Origin: Sphaerodactylus townsendi
Taxonomy: Eukaryota
Length of the DNA stretch: 64,000 bases
Assembly: GCF_021028975.2 (NCBI RefSeq)
Contig: NC_059432.1
Coordinates: 87,048,001 to 87,112,000, forward strand
Direction of reading: 5' to 3'
The translations under genes and the position numbers were made by a program. Positions within the stretch are counted from its first letter, which is position 1. The number at the start of each line of letters is the position of its first letter. This document shows, one piece after another, positions 37,125-49,527 of the stretch. The notes under the pieces were generated by a model, which was not told where the DNA came from, searched no databases, and saw only the letters and a program-made list of their open reading frames with translations.

Positions 37125-38398
37125 TCTTATAGCCTCTTCTGTGGTTTTCTCATGCATTGCAGACAGGTGGGCTGTTCTTCAGTTGACAGGATACTTCCTC
37201 GGACACAGCTCCAAACTGACCCCACGTTCCAGAAGAGATCAACACAAGAGTTGCACCCTGAAATCGCCATACCCCAAGCATCACACACTTCCGTTGGCAG
37301 AGAAGGAGGCAATTTTCATTGATCCTCTCCTGCTCCCACTATACCCCCCCCCCAGTTCCTAAGGATTGCCTCTGAACTCCCAGGATCAATTTTTTGGGGG
37401 TGGGGGTGGGGTGTCAGTGGACTGTCACACAAGGAGGGAGGCAATGAAGTCCTCTGCAACAGGCGTGTCTCTATGGGATCCAACCCATGGAAAAGGCACC
37501 CAAATCCACAGCAGTGACGCCGATCATAAGGTCCTTACACCGTGCAAAAGCAGGCGGTGTGCAGCGACCCCCTAATTCGCACAGCAATTACAAAACGTGA
37601 GCACTGAGTCTCTAGCTATGAAACAAAGGAGATGTTAGAAACCTGATAGGCCAATTCAGACTTGCTGGGTTGCAAGACTGTCAAACTTGATATACCGAGT
37701 AAGCATTCCCACCCTCCATTACCATTCCTAACCAGTGCATTATGTGGCTGAATCTTCTGTCTGCAGCTCCTCCGTATTCTGGGTCAGCAGGACAACGCTC
37801 TATTTTCGCCCGGCTTCCTTTTCCTGGCTTTCTCGATTCCTTCTCTGGGTCAACTGAATACAAGCAGCCCAGTGTTGCCTCCAGCTCTGCTTTTTGTCAC
37901 AGTGACCTTAAGATTTGTGTCAATGTCACTTTTGAATGGTTCAGACTGTGTATCGATCAGCTCTACCTTGGGAGCACAACAGACGTGGAACGGACACCCC
38001 TGTGCCTGTCTTAGACAGGCAAGGGTCTCAAGATCAGTGCTGGTCTAAAAAAAAAAAAGCAGAAAGCTGTTCTCTGCCACCTGCCACCTCTGCTGTGTCT
38101 TGGGGCACTTCCAAATGGCTGCCTTCCCTGGGGAACGTAGAGCCGTACAGAAAAAAAATGAGAGGGGAAGGACAGAAACACTCTACAGAAGAAGTAACAA
38201 TTGGCATTGCTGGGGGAAGGGAGGCATTGCCCCCAAGGCCCGTTCTGCCGGCCCATCTGGACTAGTACGTGCTGACATTATTTTTAATCAACAGACTTAG
38301 CAACTGGTTCCTGTGCACATGTCAGGCACAAAAGACTTGGTGCTCTCAGGAAGCACTTTCTTAGGTAAAAGTCCCCTCGACCTTGGGAGGTTTACTCC

Positions 38399-38689
38399 TA
38401 AGAGCAGGTGCACTCTGATCTGGAGGAACTGGGTTTGATTCCCTGCTCTGCCGTTTGAGTTGTGGAGGCTTATCTGGGGAATTCAGATTAGCCTGTGCAC
38501 TCCCACACATGGCAGGTGGGTGACCTTGGACTAGTCACAGCTTCTCGGAGCTCTGTCAGCCCCACCCACCTCACAGGGTGTTTGTTGAGAGGGGGGAAGG
38601 GCAAGGAGATTGTAAGCCCCTTTGAGTCTCCTGCAGGAGAGAAAGGGGGGGATATAAATCCAAACTACTACTCCTCTTCCTCTTCTTCT
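38399..38689 (+). mobile_element. Squam3-like SINE, slightly 5'-truncated
   Basis: Matches the 28131 family. Confidence 0.82.
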
Positions 38690-39179
38690 TTACTTTCAAC
38701 TAAATGTGCCCAGGATCAAGATGCCCATCTTGTCTGTCGTACACAAACAAGCCTAACCTACTTCCGAGACAGTGTGATTGTAATGGCTCCTTTCCTCCCC
38801 AGGAACTTTGGAAATTGTAATTATTGTGCAAGGGAACTAGAAGGGCCATCCTTTCTGCAGGCAATGGGATAGGAAGGGTGTTATACCTGTAATAGCACTG
38901 TAATGTTATACCTGTAATGGCTCCTTCTCTTCCACCCCCCAACCCAGAGTCAAGTGAGGCATCAAAGGGCTTTTGCCCCACCCCCGCCCAAATCGGCATG
39001 AAGCCAAAAAGGGCACTGGTAACTCAGTCACCGACCTCCACCTTTAAACGGGCTTTGTGGCTCAGAGCATGCTCCTATGGAAAGCTCCTGAGCCGCTGGT
39101 TTCACACTGCTTGCAGGGCAAAACGACAGATCACCTAATCAGATCCAAACATCTGAACAGACCTTACACCGCACTACTG

Positions 39180-39437
39180 AGTGGAAGGACACGGAGTAGT
39201 GGATTCAAGATGCAGGAAAAGAGATTCCATGTAAACATTAGGAAGAACTTTCTGACTGTCAGGGATGTTCAACAGTGGAATGCACTACCTCATAATGTGG
39301 TGGAGTCTCCTTCTTTGGAGGTTTTTAAACAGAGGTTGGATGAACGTATGTCGGAACGGAAGTGCTTTGATTGTGTGTTCTTACATGGCAGGGGGGACTT
39401 GATGGCCCTTGTGGTCTCTTCCAACTCTGTGATTTTA
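39180..39437 (+). mobile_element. CR1 LINE 3' fragment (second family)
   Basis: GRTRSSGFKMQEKRFHVNIRKNFLTVRDVQQWNALPHNVVESPSLEVFKQRLD; ends cttccaactctgtgatt. Confidence 0.85.
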
Positions 39438-40933
39438 AGTGAGTCTTCAGGGTCTCAGGATCTGAATCTGGAGCTTTTTTGCACAGGAAACCCATGGTCT
39501 CTTGCATTGAATCATGCCTGTTTTCGAACTTCTTCAGAGAACACGAATACAGGGGAAGGTATTTTAAATGGAGAACAAGGGAGGGGACACCTAACTCTTC
39601 TTCCGCTTACTGGTTCTGCCAATTCCCACTTCCTGTACTTACTTCCACTCTCAGAGTCCAGTTAGGAGGGAAAACATATTAAACGTTCCTCTATTTGTAG
39701 GAGAAAAAGTGTGAGAGAGTGAATCAAGGTATTCTCTGCAAATGTACTCTTATCCCTGCATTTGTGTGATGAGGCAACACCCCCCAGCTTTTGCTTTGGT
39801 ATATAGTTCCTACCTTACTGGCAACCGACAGGTGGGGAAAGCAGTAGTCACAAATCAGAGTTACACCACAGTGTGTACTTTCCCCAAACAGCCATAATAC
39901 CACAATAGGGCAAAAGCTATCAGCACAGACTGTACCTTGGTGTTGCTACACTTTTGTGAATTACAACTAGGGAAACCACCCACAAAGGAGGCTTGTGAAC
40001 ATCTGGCTTAAAATATCTCCAACTTGGAACTTCCATTTTATCAGTCTTGTTACTTTTCCGGCTGTCCTACCCAGTGTCGTTTTAGAATTAATTTCTCCTT
40101 TTTATAGGCCACAGTTGGTATTACACACAAGAACTCTTTATTATAACATGCCTAAAGAAGAAATAATATAACAGAAACATTTATACAGAGACAAAAGGAT
40201 GTATATGGTGCCTCATCGCAAGTGTTTGCTCTGCACGCATCATTTGTTCATGTTAACGATTAAGCCACCATAATACTGGCATCATCTCAGCACTCTTCAC
40301 AGCAACCCTGTAAGGATGGCCAGTATTATGCCCCACATTACAAAGGATGGGAGCTGGGAAAGAATGATTCAACTACGGTGACCATAAATTAGCTTCCAAT
40401 TCAATCCAGGTCATTCCTGACTCACAGGATAGTCTGTTGACAACCAAATGCCACAAATAACAACAACCTAAGCCCTTTAATTAATTTTTCAGCTGAGGAT
40501 TCTGCTGTAAGCAAGAATCTGTCTTCTTGGGAGGACCATTAGAGCAGGGCTATGGAATGCCCCGAATCTTTCTGGGGAAACCAGGGGATGATCTGCTTGC
40601 TGAACCAGGTGAGAAGGAATCAGACTTAAGTATAAACACAAACGGGAGGTTAGAAGGATACTTTGAGCTCCCCTCAAAGGTGGCACAAACTGAATAAGCA
40701 TACAGCTGCCTCTAACTTCCCCAGAGTGGATCCCTCGCTGCTTCCCCCTAAGAGGGGAGAGCAAGACTTCTCATACGTTTCCAACCAGGAGTTATTTTCT
40801 AAGAGGAAACGTGGAGGTGTCTGTACAGACATGGGAATACGATGGAGCATCTCCGCTGCCGCAACCTCAAGGACGGGCGAGGAGAGCCGGGCTTCTCCAC
40901 CCCATCCACGCAGCCTCCCCGCCCCTCGCTTAC

Positions 40934-41356
40934 CTTGCAGGGGAAGAGGACGGCCGAGGCCACTTTCTCCATGGCCAGGTTCCTGATGCTGGGGGTCAGG
41001 GATCCCCTGCACGTGGGGCACAAGCTCAGCTTCTGCCGGCATTGGTTGCAGACCAAGTGCCCGGCCTGGCACTGCAGGATCGGCGGCAGCACATAGTCGA
41101 AGCAAACGGGGCACTCGAAGAGCGAGGTCAGCTCGTGGTGCTGCGGAGAGACCGGCCCCCCGCTGCCTTCCCCCCCGCCGGGGCTCGAGAGCACCGCGGC
41201 CGCGCCGGGCACCGCGGAAGAGCCGGCCCCGGCGGCCGAGATGGTGGCGGCGGCGGCGGCAGCGGCGGGGGCAGCAGCCGGGGAGGGCGCGTGCTGCTGC
41301 TGCTGCTTGCCGCAAGGTTTGCTAGCGCTGGGCCCGGCGGAGGACGGGCGGCTCAT
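40934..41356 (-). CDS. SIAH2: E3 ubiquitin ligase SIAH2, coding exon 1 (N-terminus and RING domain, 141 codons)
   Basis: MSRPSSAGPSASKPC...VSPQHHELTSLFECPVCFDYVLPPILQCQAGHLVCNQCRQKLSLCPTCRGSLTPSIRNLAMEKVASAVLFPCK; donor AAG|gtaagc, phase 0, joining exon 2 YATTGC. Confidence 0.97.
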
Positions 41357-41967
41357 CGCGGTCGGAACCAACCATCGAACGGCGGGCAGCGAGCGGATCG
41401 CGCTCCGAACCCCCCCAGGGCCCCGCCGGTGGGACTCGCGCCGCAACTCCGGCTGAACAGGAGCGCCTGGGGCCTCGCCGCCGCCGCCGCAGCGGACCGC
41501 TGACGTTCCAAAGTCTCCCAACGTTCCAAAAGAGGAATCCCGACGTTCCAAAAGCTGAGTCCCGCCGTTCCACCGCGCGCAGCGACGTTCGAAGCCGCCC
41601 CGGCGGCTCCCGCGCTCTTTCCCCGGGCGAAGTGCGCGTGGTTGCTTCTCAGCACCCCCCTCCCCTGCTCCGGAACATTAATCTGACGCAAGGAAAGAGA
41701 AGCCGCGAGTGGCGCGCCCCCTCCCTGGCCCCGGCAGGCTCCGACTGAGCATGCCCCGGGCGGGCTAGCGGCGGCAGGCTGGCGTTGCAGTCGCGGCTCT
41801 GGATCGTCTCTTTGCCCTCGTCCTCTCCCCTTGGTTTTCGACGGGACCCAAATAGTGGTGGAAGGGAAACGGGAGGTGGGGAGAGAGGAAGAGTCAGATG
41901 AGCACGCACATGGGAAGGTTCTTCCTCTATTGTTCAATGGCGCAGCAGAGCCTCCGCGAGGTTTTCT

Positions 41968-41986
41968 GATCGCCCCCTAGCGGGCA
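41968..41986. promoter_or_regulatory. Candidate CTCF site
   Basis: gatcgccccctagcgggca resembles the CTCF core CGCCCCCT.G.GG at the CpG island edge. Confidence 0.5.
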
Positions 41987-43094
41987 TGTGGAATTTGACA
42001 GGAGTCCGGTGGCGCCTGAAAGACTAAGGCCCTTTCTGCACATCATAGATAAAACGACTTGCAAATGTTTTTAAAAGATCTGTTTTAGCTTCTTCATCTT
42101 TTTTTTTGGTCCGTGTAGTTTAATAGACCGTGGTTTAATAAAGTGTTGGCAGCAAAAGGGGTTCTTTTTCCCTGCCTTCCCCTTCTGCCCTCTTCAGGAG
42201 GTTCTGTGCTGTCCCCATTTGCAGGAAATTCCCTGTTACAGCTTATCTGCATGTCCTTTCAGTGTGCAAAGTTCATTAAGTCAGTGATTTGACCTCTCCT
42301 TAAGAAACCTACATTGTCCAGAGAGGATGTGGCCAGTTCTAAATCTGTTTCCAACTTTGTTTTTCTTCTGCCCTGTACTTCATAGGAATGATAGTAGAGG
42401 CAACCTGTTTTGGGCTGCCTACATCTGGCTGAAACAACCTCATAATATCTGGCTGGCTTGAAACAACTTCAATAAGCGGCTGCTTTGTTCTTGCTTTTTT
42501 CCTCCTCTGTTTTCCTCCCCAACTGTTTTCCTCTTTTCCTTCTCTGGTGGCCCCAACAGGATCTACCTTTTTCCTGACTCCTTCCCTCACTCACTCACTC
42601 ACACCCGCCTGCCTGCCTGCCTGCCTACCTTTATGTGCTCCTCTGTCTTCAGTTTCCCCTCCTCCTGGCCACCTCTTCCTGGGTTAATCTGGCCAAGTTG
42701 TGCAGCGGCCAGAGGTAAAAGATTGGGCCCAGTTCCACGCTGGCTACCAGTTACGTCACCAGGCCCAGTTGCTTAGTACATGCCACCACCATGATCAGGT
42801 ACTGACAGGTGCATGGAGGTGACCATCAGCGAAGCCACGCTGGGCCCAGTTGTGCGATGGCAACCACTACTAGGCTGAGCAGCGTGGGAAGTGAGTCTCC
42901 ATGCTAATCTTCTCTGCCAAAGCGAGCACATGAGTCTTGTGGGGTCATCATTAGGCCTGGCACTTGCATGTCCTAGTCCATCTAGGGATATGAGAGGGGT
43001 GGGGGGGCAGGACTCTTTTCAGGGCTGCTTTGGCTTTCAAGTCCACCCCTGCTCTCTCCCCTATTACTTTGCTGTACATAAACGAAGATTTGGA

Positions 43095-43128
43095 TGAGTC
43101 AACAGTATTGGTTGCCTAGCAACTTCCG
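43095..43128. promoter_or_regulatory. AP-1 / CCAAT / RFX X-box / ETS motif cluster
   Basis: TGAGTCA acagt ATTG GTTGCCTAGCAAC TTCCG. Confidence 0.45.
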
Positions 43129-43415
43129 AAATGACAAGGGAGAGCTCAATGTAGGGATGCCAGCCTCTAGGTGGGACTTGGGGAATCCCCCAGAATTATA
43201 CCTCTTCTGCAGAGTTCAGAGATCAGCTCTCCTGAAGAAGATGGAGGCATTGGAGGGTGGCCTCTAAAGCATTATAATAATTCAAGGAGGTTCGTGTCCT
43301 CCCCAGGCTCTGCTCCCAAATCTCCAGGAGTTTCCTAACCTAGAGGTGGCGCCAGGCAACCCTAGCTCAGCAGGCATTCTTTTCTTAAAGCTACAGGTGT
43401 TTTCTTAAAGCTACA

Positions 43416-43716
43416 GGAGTAGCAGTGGCGTAGGAGGTTAAGAGCTTGTGTATCTAATCTGGAGGAACCGGGTTTGATTCCCAGCTCTGCCGCCTGAGCT
43501 GTGGAGGCTTATCTGGGGAATTCAGATTAGCCTGTACACTTCCACACACGCCAGCTGGGTGACCTTGGGCTAGTCACAGCTTCTCGGAGCTCTGTCAGCC
43601 CCACCCACCTCACAGGGTGTTTGTTGTGAGGGGGGAAGGGCAAGGAGATTGTAAGCCCCTTTGAGTCTCCTGCAGGAGAGAAAGGGGGGATATAAATCCA
43701 AACTCTTCTTCTTCTT
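43416..43716 (+). mobile_element. Squam3-like SINE, young full-length copy
   Basis: Near-identical to 28131-28433. Confidence 0.85.
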
Positions 43717-44946
43717 GCTGTTATTTTGGGGAGTTTTAATCCCTAGATATATATTTTAAGAGATCAGGTCTTCTTCCTGCAAAACTGGGAATTCTTTCAG
43801 ATTTGTAGAGCCCCATCCCTTTTCTAGTTCCTTTTTGCTGATCTGTTTTTCCAGATTGTGACTTTGCTCAGAATTAAGTATGTGATTATCGCCCTCTATG
43901 AACACGTTTTATGAAAAGCCATGGGAGTGCATCTCTTTTGCATACAGGAGGTCCCTGTATGCAAGTTCAGTCCCTGACATTTCCCACTAAAAGAACCAGA
44001 CAGCAGATGTGAAATATGTCTTCCTGAACCCCTGGAGAACTGCTGCCTGCCAGAGTAGACAATACCAATCTTAACACACTCATGGTCTGACTCAGTATAA
44101 GGCAGCTTCATGTGAAAAAATTAATACAAAGACTAATTCTCAGGAAGCAGCCAGCCATGTTAGTCTGTTATAAATGAAATAACAAAGAATCTGGTGGCAC
44201 TTTAAAGACTAACAAATGTATTGTAGCAGAGACTACTGTGGGATACAGCCCATTGCTGGCTGCCTGACTGCATTCAGTTGGCACAGAGATGTATATTTGG
44301 ACTTACAACCAGTAGAATGGCAAAGGACCTATTGCAAAAAGAGGCTCAGTTTCCTCCTGGGAAGACACGTGACGTATGGCTCAGCAGGCATGGTCACAAG
44401 AAAAGGAGGAAAAGATTTACTCAGCGTGGGTACTCACTATTTCTAGCCGTAAGATTATCGACATAGTAAGATTACTCTGCATAGTGCAGTAAACCTGCAA
44501 GGAGGAACTACTTTTTCTTATGTGCTAACAATCCCAAGTCCATACTAACTCAAAGCCTGACAGTTTCCAGTCAGCAATTTTCCTTCTGGAGCCTCCCTTT
44601 GAAAGCTTTCTGCTGAAATACTGCAACTTCGAAGTCAACCAGTCAGTGTTTAAGGAGATTTCTTCGCTGGTTCCTTTCCATTTTTAGCAGCTGATTTTGT
44701 TTTCGTTTTTTGTGTAGAGGCCATTGAGTTTGGCCAGTGTAGATAACTGAAGGGCATACCACACCCACGACAGCATACATCATTTGACATGCTGTGCAAA
44801 ATATTTGCTAGAGTGTATGATCATCGTGCAGTCAGTTCTTACACATTTGTGCATATAGAGCTTTCTTCGCAGGTTATACACAATACCCACAGGAGTAGAG
44901 CAGCCCTCTTCTCGACAATAATTTGCAGAAATATATTTCCCTACAA

Positions 44947-45229
44947 GGAGCCGCATGGTATAGTGGTTAAGTGCTTGAACTGCCACTCACACAGTCAGGA
45001 GTTCGAGCCCCCTTGTGGGTCAGATATCCTGGCAGCTGGCTCACGGTCAACTCAGCCATCCATCCATTTCTTGGTCTGAAAATGAGTTCCTAGCTCATAG
45101 CTAAGGAGTAAAGAATAGCCAGGGAAAGCAATGGCAAACTACCCCACAAAAGCGGCTTGCCTATAAAATCACTACTTGCAGTGGTACCCCAGGGTCGGAC
45201 AGGACTGAAGGGGAAACTTTACCTTTACC
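44947..45229 (+). mobile_element. Sauria SINE (Squam1-type)
   Basis: tRNA-like head (tggtatagtggtt, gagttcgagcc), core ggtcaactcagcc, (ACCTTT)n tail, 13-bp TSD tatttccctacaa. Confidence 0.88.
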
Positions 45230-46164
45230 TATTTCCCTACAATTGAATAGATTAGTCCAGCCCAGGAGACTTCCCTTTAGGAGTTAATTGGCTGTTGGGA
45301 ACCTAAAGAAGGACTTTTTTTGCTGTGGTTCCTGAAGTTTGGATATTCCTGCCACTAGAGTTTGGCTGAATGGGGGTGGGGTAGGGGGAAGTACTGAAAC
45401 ATTGCATTTGATGGCTGTAGTGGTATTTTATTGATTGTATGGTTTCTAAATCGATTTTTATTCTATCTTAATGTCCCTTTTTTGGCTTTATTTTTTTTAC
45501 TTGGGAACTTGGGAACATTTAGCAAAAGGGTGGTATCTAAAGTAACTAACATATTTCAGAATGATATTTTTAATTTGTCACCTGAAGACATGTCAAATTG
45601 CCAAGTGAATGCAGCGATTCACAGATATCAAAGATATTTACGTTTCTTGGTGTTCATTCAAGAAACGTCAGTGGATTAAGGAAGGAGTTCATTAATATTT
45701 AATAGGAAGCCCATCTACTGCCTGTTTTCATTGCTGCCTTGCTCATAAATCACTTTGTAATAAATTGTCCAATAAATCCCTTACAGTAAAAAATGGAAGG
45801 TGTATTGCACTCACTTCCGATTATTGAGTATTGTGCAAGCCTGCTGTTTCAAAATGCATTTTCTGAGGCTGAAAACAGGACGGAACTACCTGCTTCGGAG
45901 TGAAGCCTACACTCAGTGCCTCACAGTGGATGAGTTCTACTGCCCACTCCTATGTATTCATTTTATTTATTTTTTATATTCAATTTCCATTCCGCTCCTC
46001 TTTTTGTGGGGGCTCGGGGTGGTTTCCAAGAGAAGTGTATACATTATAAATTCACGCAATAGATATAATAAAATCTATACCTTTACCAGAAGTCGTGTGA
46101 CTTGATGCCAGGGATGAAAGAGGGGAATAGAGAAGCAACTTGTGCTGAGGAAATGCACAACTTC

Positions 46165-46316
46165 NNNNNNNNNNNNNNNNNNNNNNNNNNNNNNNNNNNN
46201 NNNNNNNNNNNNNNNNNNNNNNNNNNNNNNNNNNNNNNNNNNNNNNNNNNNNNNNNNNNNNNNNNNNNNNNNNNNNNNNNNNNNNNNNNNNNNNNNNNNN
46301 NNNNNNNNNNNNNNNN
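46165..46316. other. Assembly gap (N run)
   Basis: Run of n. Confidence 1.
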
Positions 46317-47533
46317 GTTCACAATACAATAAAGACCAATACATTACTTTAAAAACATCTAAAAACATTTAAATTTCACTATGCAGCATCAAGTCCAATT
46401 ATAACAGCCTAACCCATGTTGGTGGCACCCGGTCTTAAGGCCGGTTTTAGGGCTGGGAGGGGCTGGCAGCGCCCAAAGATGAAACCAGTGTGGGCACTGC
46501 CAGAGATGACAAACCATGGCAGGGCCTCACAAGGGGGCAGCCAATCCGCAGCCAGTCTCACCAAAAGTCCGGTGGAACAGCTCAGTCTTACAGGCCCTGT
46601 GGAACTCACCAAGGTTATATATGGTTATCTCCCTTTCTGTCCTAATGGGGATCCAAAGCAGCCTATAGCATTGTCTTCTCCTTCTCTATTTTATATTCAC
46701 AAGAATAACCCTGTGAGACTATGAGAATGTGATTGGCCCAAGGTCATCCAATGAGCTTCTGTGTCTGAGTGGGGCTCTAAACCTGAGTCTCTCAGAGCCT
46801 TGTCTCATGCTCTAACTCCTACACCATGCAGGCTCTCACATCTTCTTTTTACAGCAGATGTGCAAAAAGAGAAGTGTAGTTCATTCACATTTCCTCTTCC
46901 TATATGTCTTCTTCTCCCAAATGAGGCAGGCCTTGCTGGCAGCACGCCAACAGCAGCTGGGGGACCTGTGGGCTATATTTTGTTCTCTGCTCCTTGCAGG
47001 TATTGAATGTCTGGGCAGGATCAGAGATGGAAGCCAAAGGCTCACACCTGCTTGAGGCAGCCTCAACCATTGGGACTAACCCAGGATGTTTTTGTTTTGT
47101 TTGTTCAGTTGCATTGTTTTGTTTCCTGGGATGGCTGGATTGTGTTTAGGTTTTGTTCTGTGAGTCACTCCTGGAAGAAAAGCGGCGTGCAGATGCCTTA
47201 AATAAGTGACTTGGGTAAAGTACAGCCGATGCAGCGAAAGGCAAATTTAAAAATGTTGCTTAAAGCACTTTTCATCTCCACCACTGTTAGGGTGCTGCTG
47301 CATTAAGGCAGTTTTAAAACCCTAACTTGATTGACAGCTGTGCCAGAAGCTTTCTCTGGACTGCCTTTCCAAACATTACTGGAAAAAACTGCTTTGTAGA
47401 AATCTGGGAGACTTGGGTTCAAATCTCCACTGTGCCGTGGGAGCTCACTGGATGAATTAGGGCCACTCATATACTCTCAGCCTAACCTACCTCACATGGC
47501 TGTTGTCAGATTAAAACGGAGGACAGAACTGGA

Positions 47534-47587
47534 CTCCTAACCTCCCACTCCTAACCTCCCACTCCTAACCTCCCACTCCTAACCTCC
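47534..47587. repeat. 14-bp minisatellite (actcctaacctccc) x ~4
   Basis: Direct tandem copies. Confidence 0.85.
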
Positions 47588-48947
47588 AGGTGGGCATTTC
47601 TATCCCCAACAGGGACCCAAAGGTAGGGCCTGAAGATCTCCAAGAATTACAACTGATATTAACAGAGATTAGTTCCCCAGAGGAAATAGCTGTTTTGGGG
47701 GGCAAAATCCTTGGCATTATTATACCCTAAGAAGGTCCCTTCCCGCCCTGGCTCCATCTCCAAATCTCTAGGAATTTATCAACCCAGAACTGACATCTCT
47801 AATTAAGAAGGAAGGCAGGGTACAAACGGAGGAAATAAATAAATACATGATCTGTGATGTAAGTTAGGGATTGGTTGTTTCTTGAACTACCGTATTTGCA
47901 TTTTTGGTGCTTCTGTTAGTGGAACGCTTGCCAAAGAAGGAGAAAAAAATGGAGGGGAGTGATAGTGTCTTCGGTGAACAGACTGAAAGCAATCAAAGAT
48001 GCTGGAAAAAAAAGGAACATTTGGAATGTTTAGCAAGCATTTGTGCATGCCCAGACATAAAAACTAATTGAATTTGAATAGGTTTTGGTGCTCAGGTGTG
48101 ATTAAAAAGTAATTGGCCCATGGATCACATATAAAGTAGAATTTGTCTCTTGTAATGATTAAATCATGTTAAGAGTCTGAAAAAAAATCAGCTTATGTTC
48201 ATTGGTGTGCAATTTCTCAAACGATGAAATGAACACCTTTTAGAAACTGTATTTTCAGGTTCAATCAGATGTAATCCATGATGCAGATGCCACAGGGGCT
48301 GGAAAACCAGTGGTTGACAACAGCTGTCTAATTGTTTTTGGTTCCAAAGAAGATTGAATAGCACCTACACTTATGACTGCAATGTTGTGGTTGTGGGAAA
48401 TGCGTGCTTCCATGTGCAGATGCCAACACTTCATGGGCAATGCAATTGTTTTGCTGTTGGTGTCAGCTGATGCTGGAGTGCGCACACTTAAAAACCTCAG
48501 TTGGCCTTTGCCTCATTTCCTTCTGCTCTGCTCAGCTGTAACCCACAAAGGGCAAGTAGAATGTCGCAGTCTATTTCATCAGATTCCCTGGAAGCCGAAT
48601 GTTTTGCCATTTCCACTAGAAAGGTTCTCAAAATATTTTTTTCTGGCATACTGGGTCACAGATATTGGTGTTAATATCTCTATAAAAGTCCAGACCAAGT
48701 ATCAGACCAGTTGACCTCTGCAATGATAGAAATAAGTCTCCTCCCCTCCGCTCTGCAGCCTCCCACCCTACAAGACCCCACATGGATCCCACAACCCCAG
48801 GAATCACCTTCCCCAGAGTCAGAAAAGATTAATAGAGGGAGGTGAATTGGGGAAACAGCCTTCCACGGACAGGTCCCTGGATCCAACCTCCTACTGTTGG
48901 GAGGAGGAGAGCTTCAAATGTGATTGGCTACTTGTATTGCTTGAGCC

Positions 48948-49140
48948 AGCAGTGACTCTAAGCTGGAGAATAGGGTTCAATTCCCCTCCCTTCATGAAGC
49001 CGACTGGGTGACTTTGGGTCGGTCACAGTTCTCTCAGAACTCTCTCAGCCAACACAGAGGCATACAACAGCAAACTACAAATGTCTCTTGCCTTGAAAAT
49101 CTAGCGGGCTCACCATGTCAGCCATGACTTGACAGCACTT
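48948..49140 (+). mobile_element. SINE with tRNA/Squam3-like head and RTE-like tail
   Basis: ggttcaattccc...ctgggtgactttggg...ctctctcagcc then tctcttgccttgaaaa...gacttgacagcac, the same tail as the 5S SINEs. Confidence 0.6.
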
Positions 49141-49205
49141 CCACCTCTACCAGGTGTCACAGAGGAAGCCTTTAACTCTTTCTACCCTGTTCTTGCCATT
49201 ATCTA

Positions 49206-49527
49206 TAAGAACATAAGAACATAAGAACAAGCCAGCTGGATCAGACCAGAGTCCAGCTCTCTGCTACTCGCAGTGGCCCACCAGGTGCCACTGGGAGCTC
49301 ACATGCAGGATGTGAAAGCAATGGCCTTCTGCGGCTGTTGCTCCCGAGCACCTGGACTGTTAAGGCATTTGCAATCTCAGATCAAAGAGGATCAAGATTG
49401 GTAGCCATAAATCGACTTCTCCTCCATAAATCTGTCCAAGCCTCTTTTAAAGCTATCCAGGTTAGTGGCCATCACCACCTCCTGTGGCAGCATATTCCAA
49501 ACACCAATCACACATTGCGTGAAGAAG
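49206..49527 (-). mobile_element. CR1 LINE 3' fragment (same family as 33435)
   Basis: (taagaaca)n tail; reverse complement matches 33470-33786. Confidence 0.85.

Larger units (their letters stand above)
40850..42015. promoter_or_regulatory. CpG island / SIAH2 promoter and exon 1
   Basis: Very GC- and CpG-rich tract covering exon 1 and ~600 bp upstream of the ATG. Confidence 0.9.

Noticed and set aside
40811-41503. 230-aa plus-strand ORF and other overlapping ORFs in the CpG island
   Set aside because: Antisense or alternative-frame shadows of GC-rich SIAH2 exon 1.
41357-41551. N-terminal extension of SIAH2 in ORF 40799-41551
   Set aside because: Begins at a non-ATG codon; homology starts at MSRPSS; open frames are expected in GC-rich DNA.
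41502-41593. CRISPR-like repeat-spacer array
   Set aside because: Eukaryotic context; repeats and spacers only ~10 nt; no cas genes.
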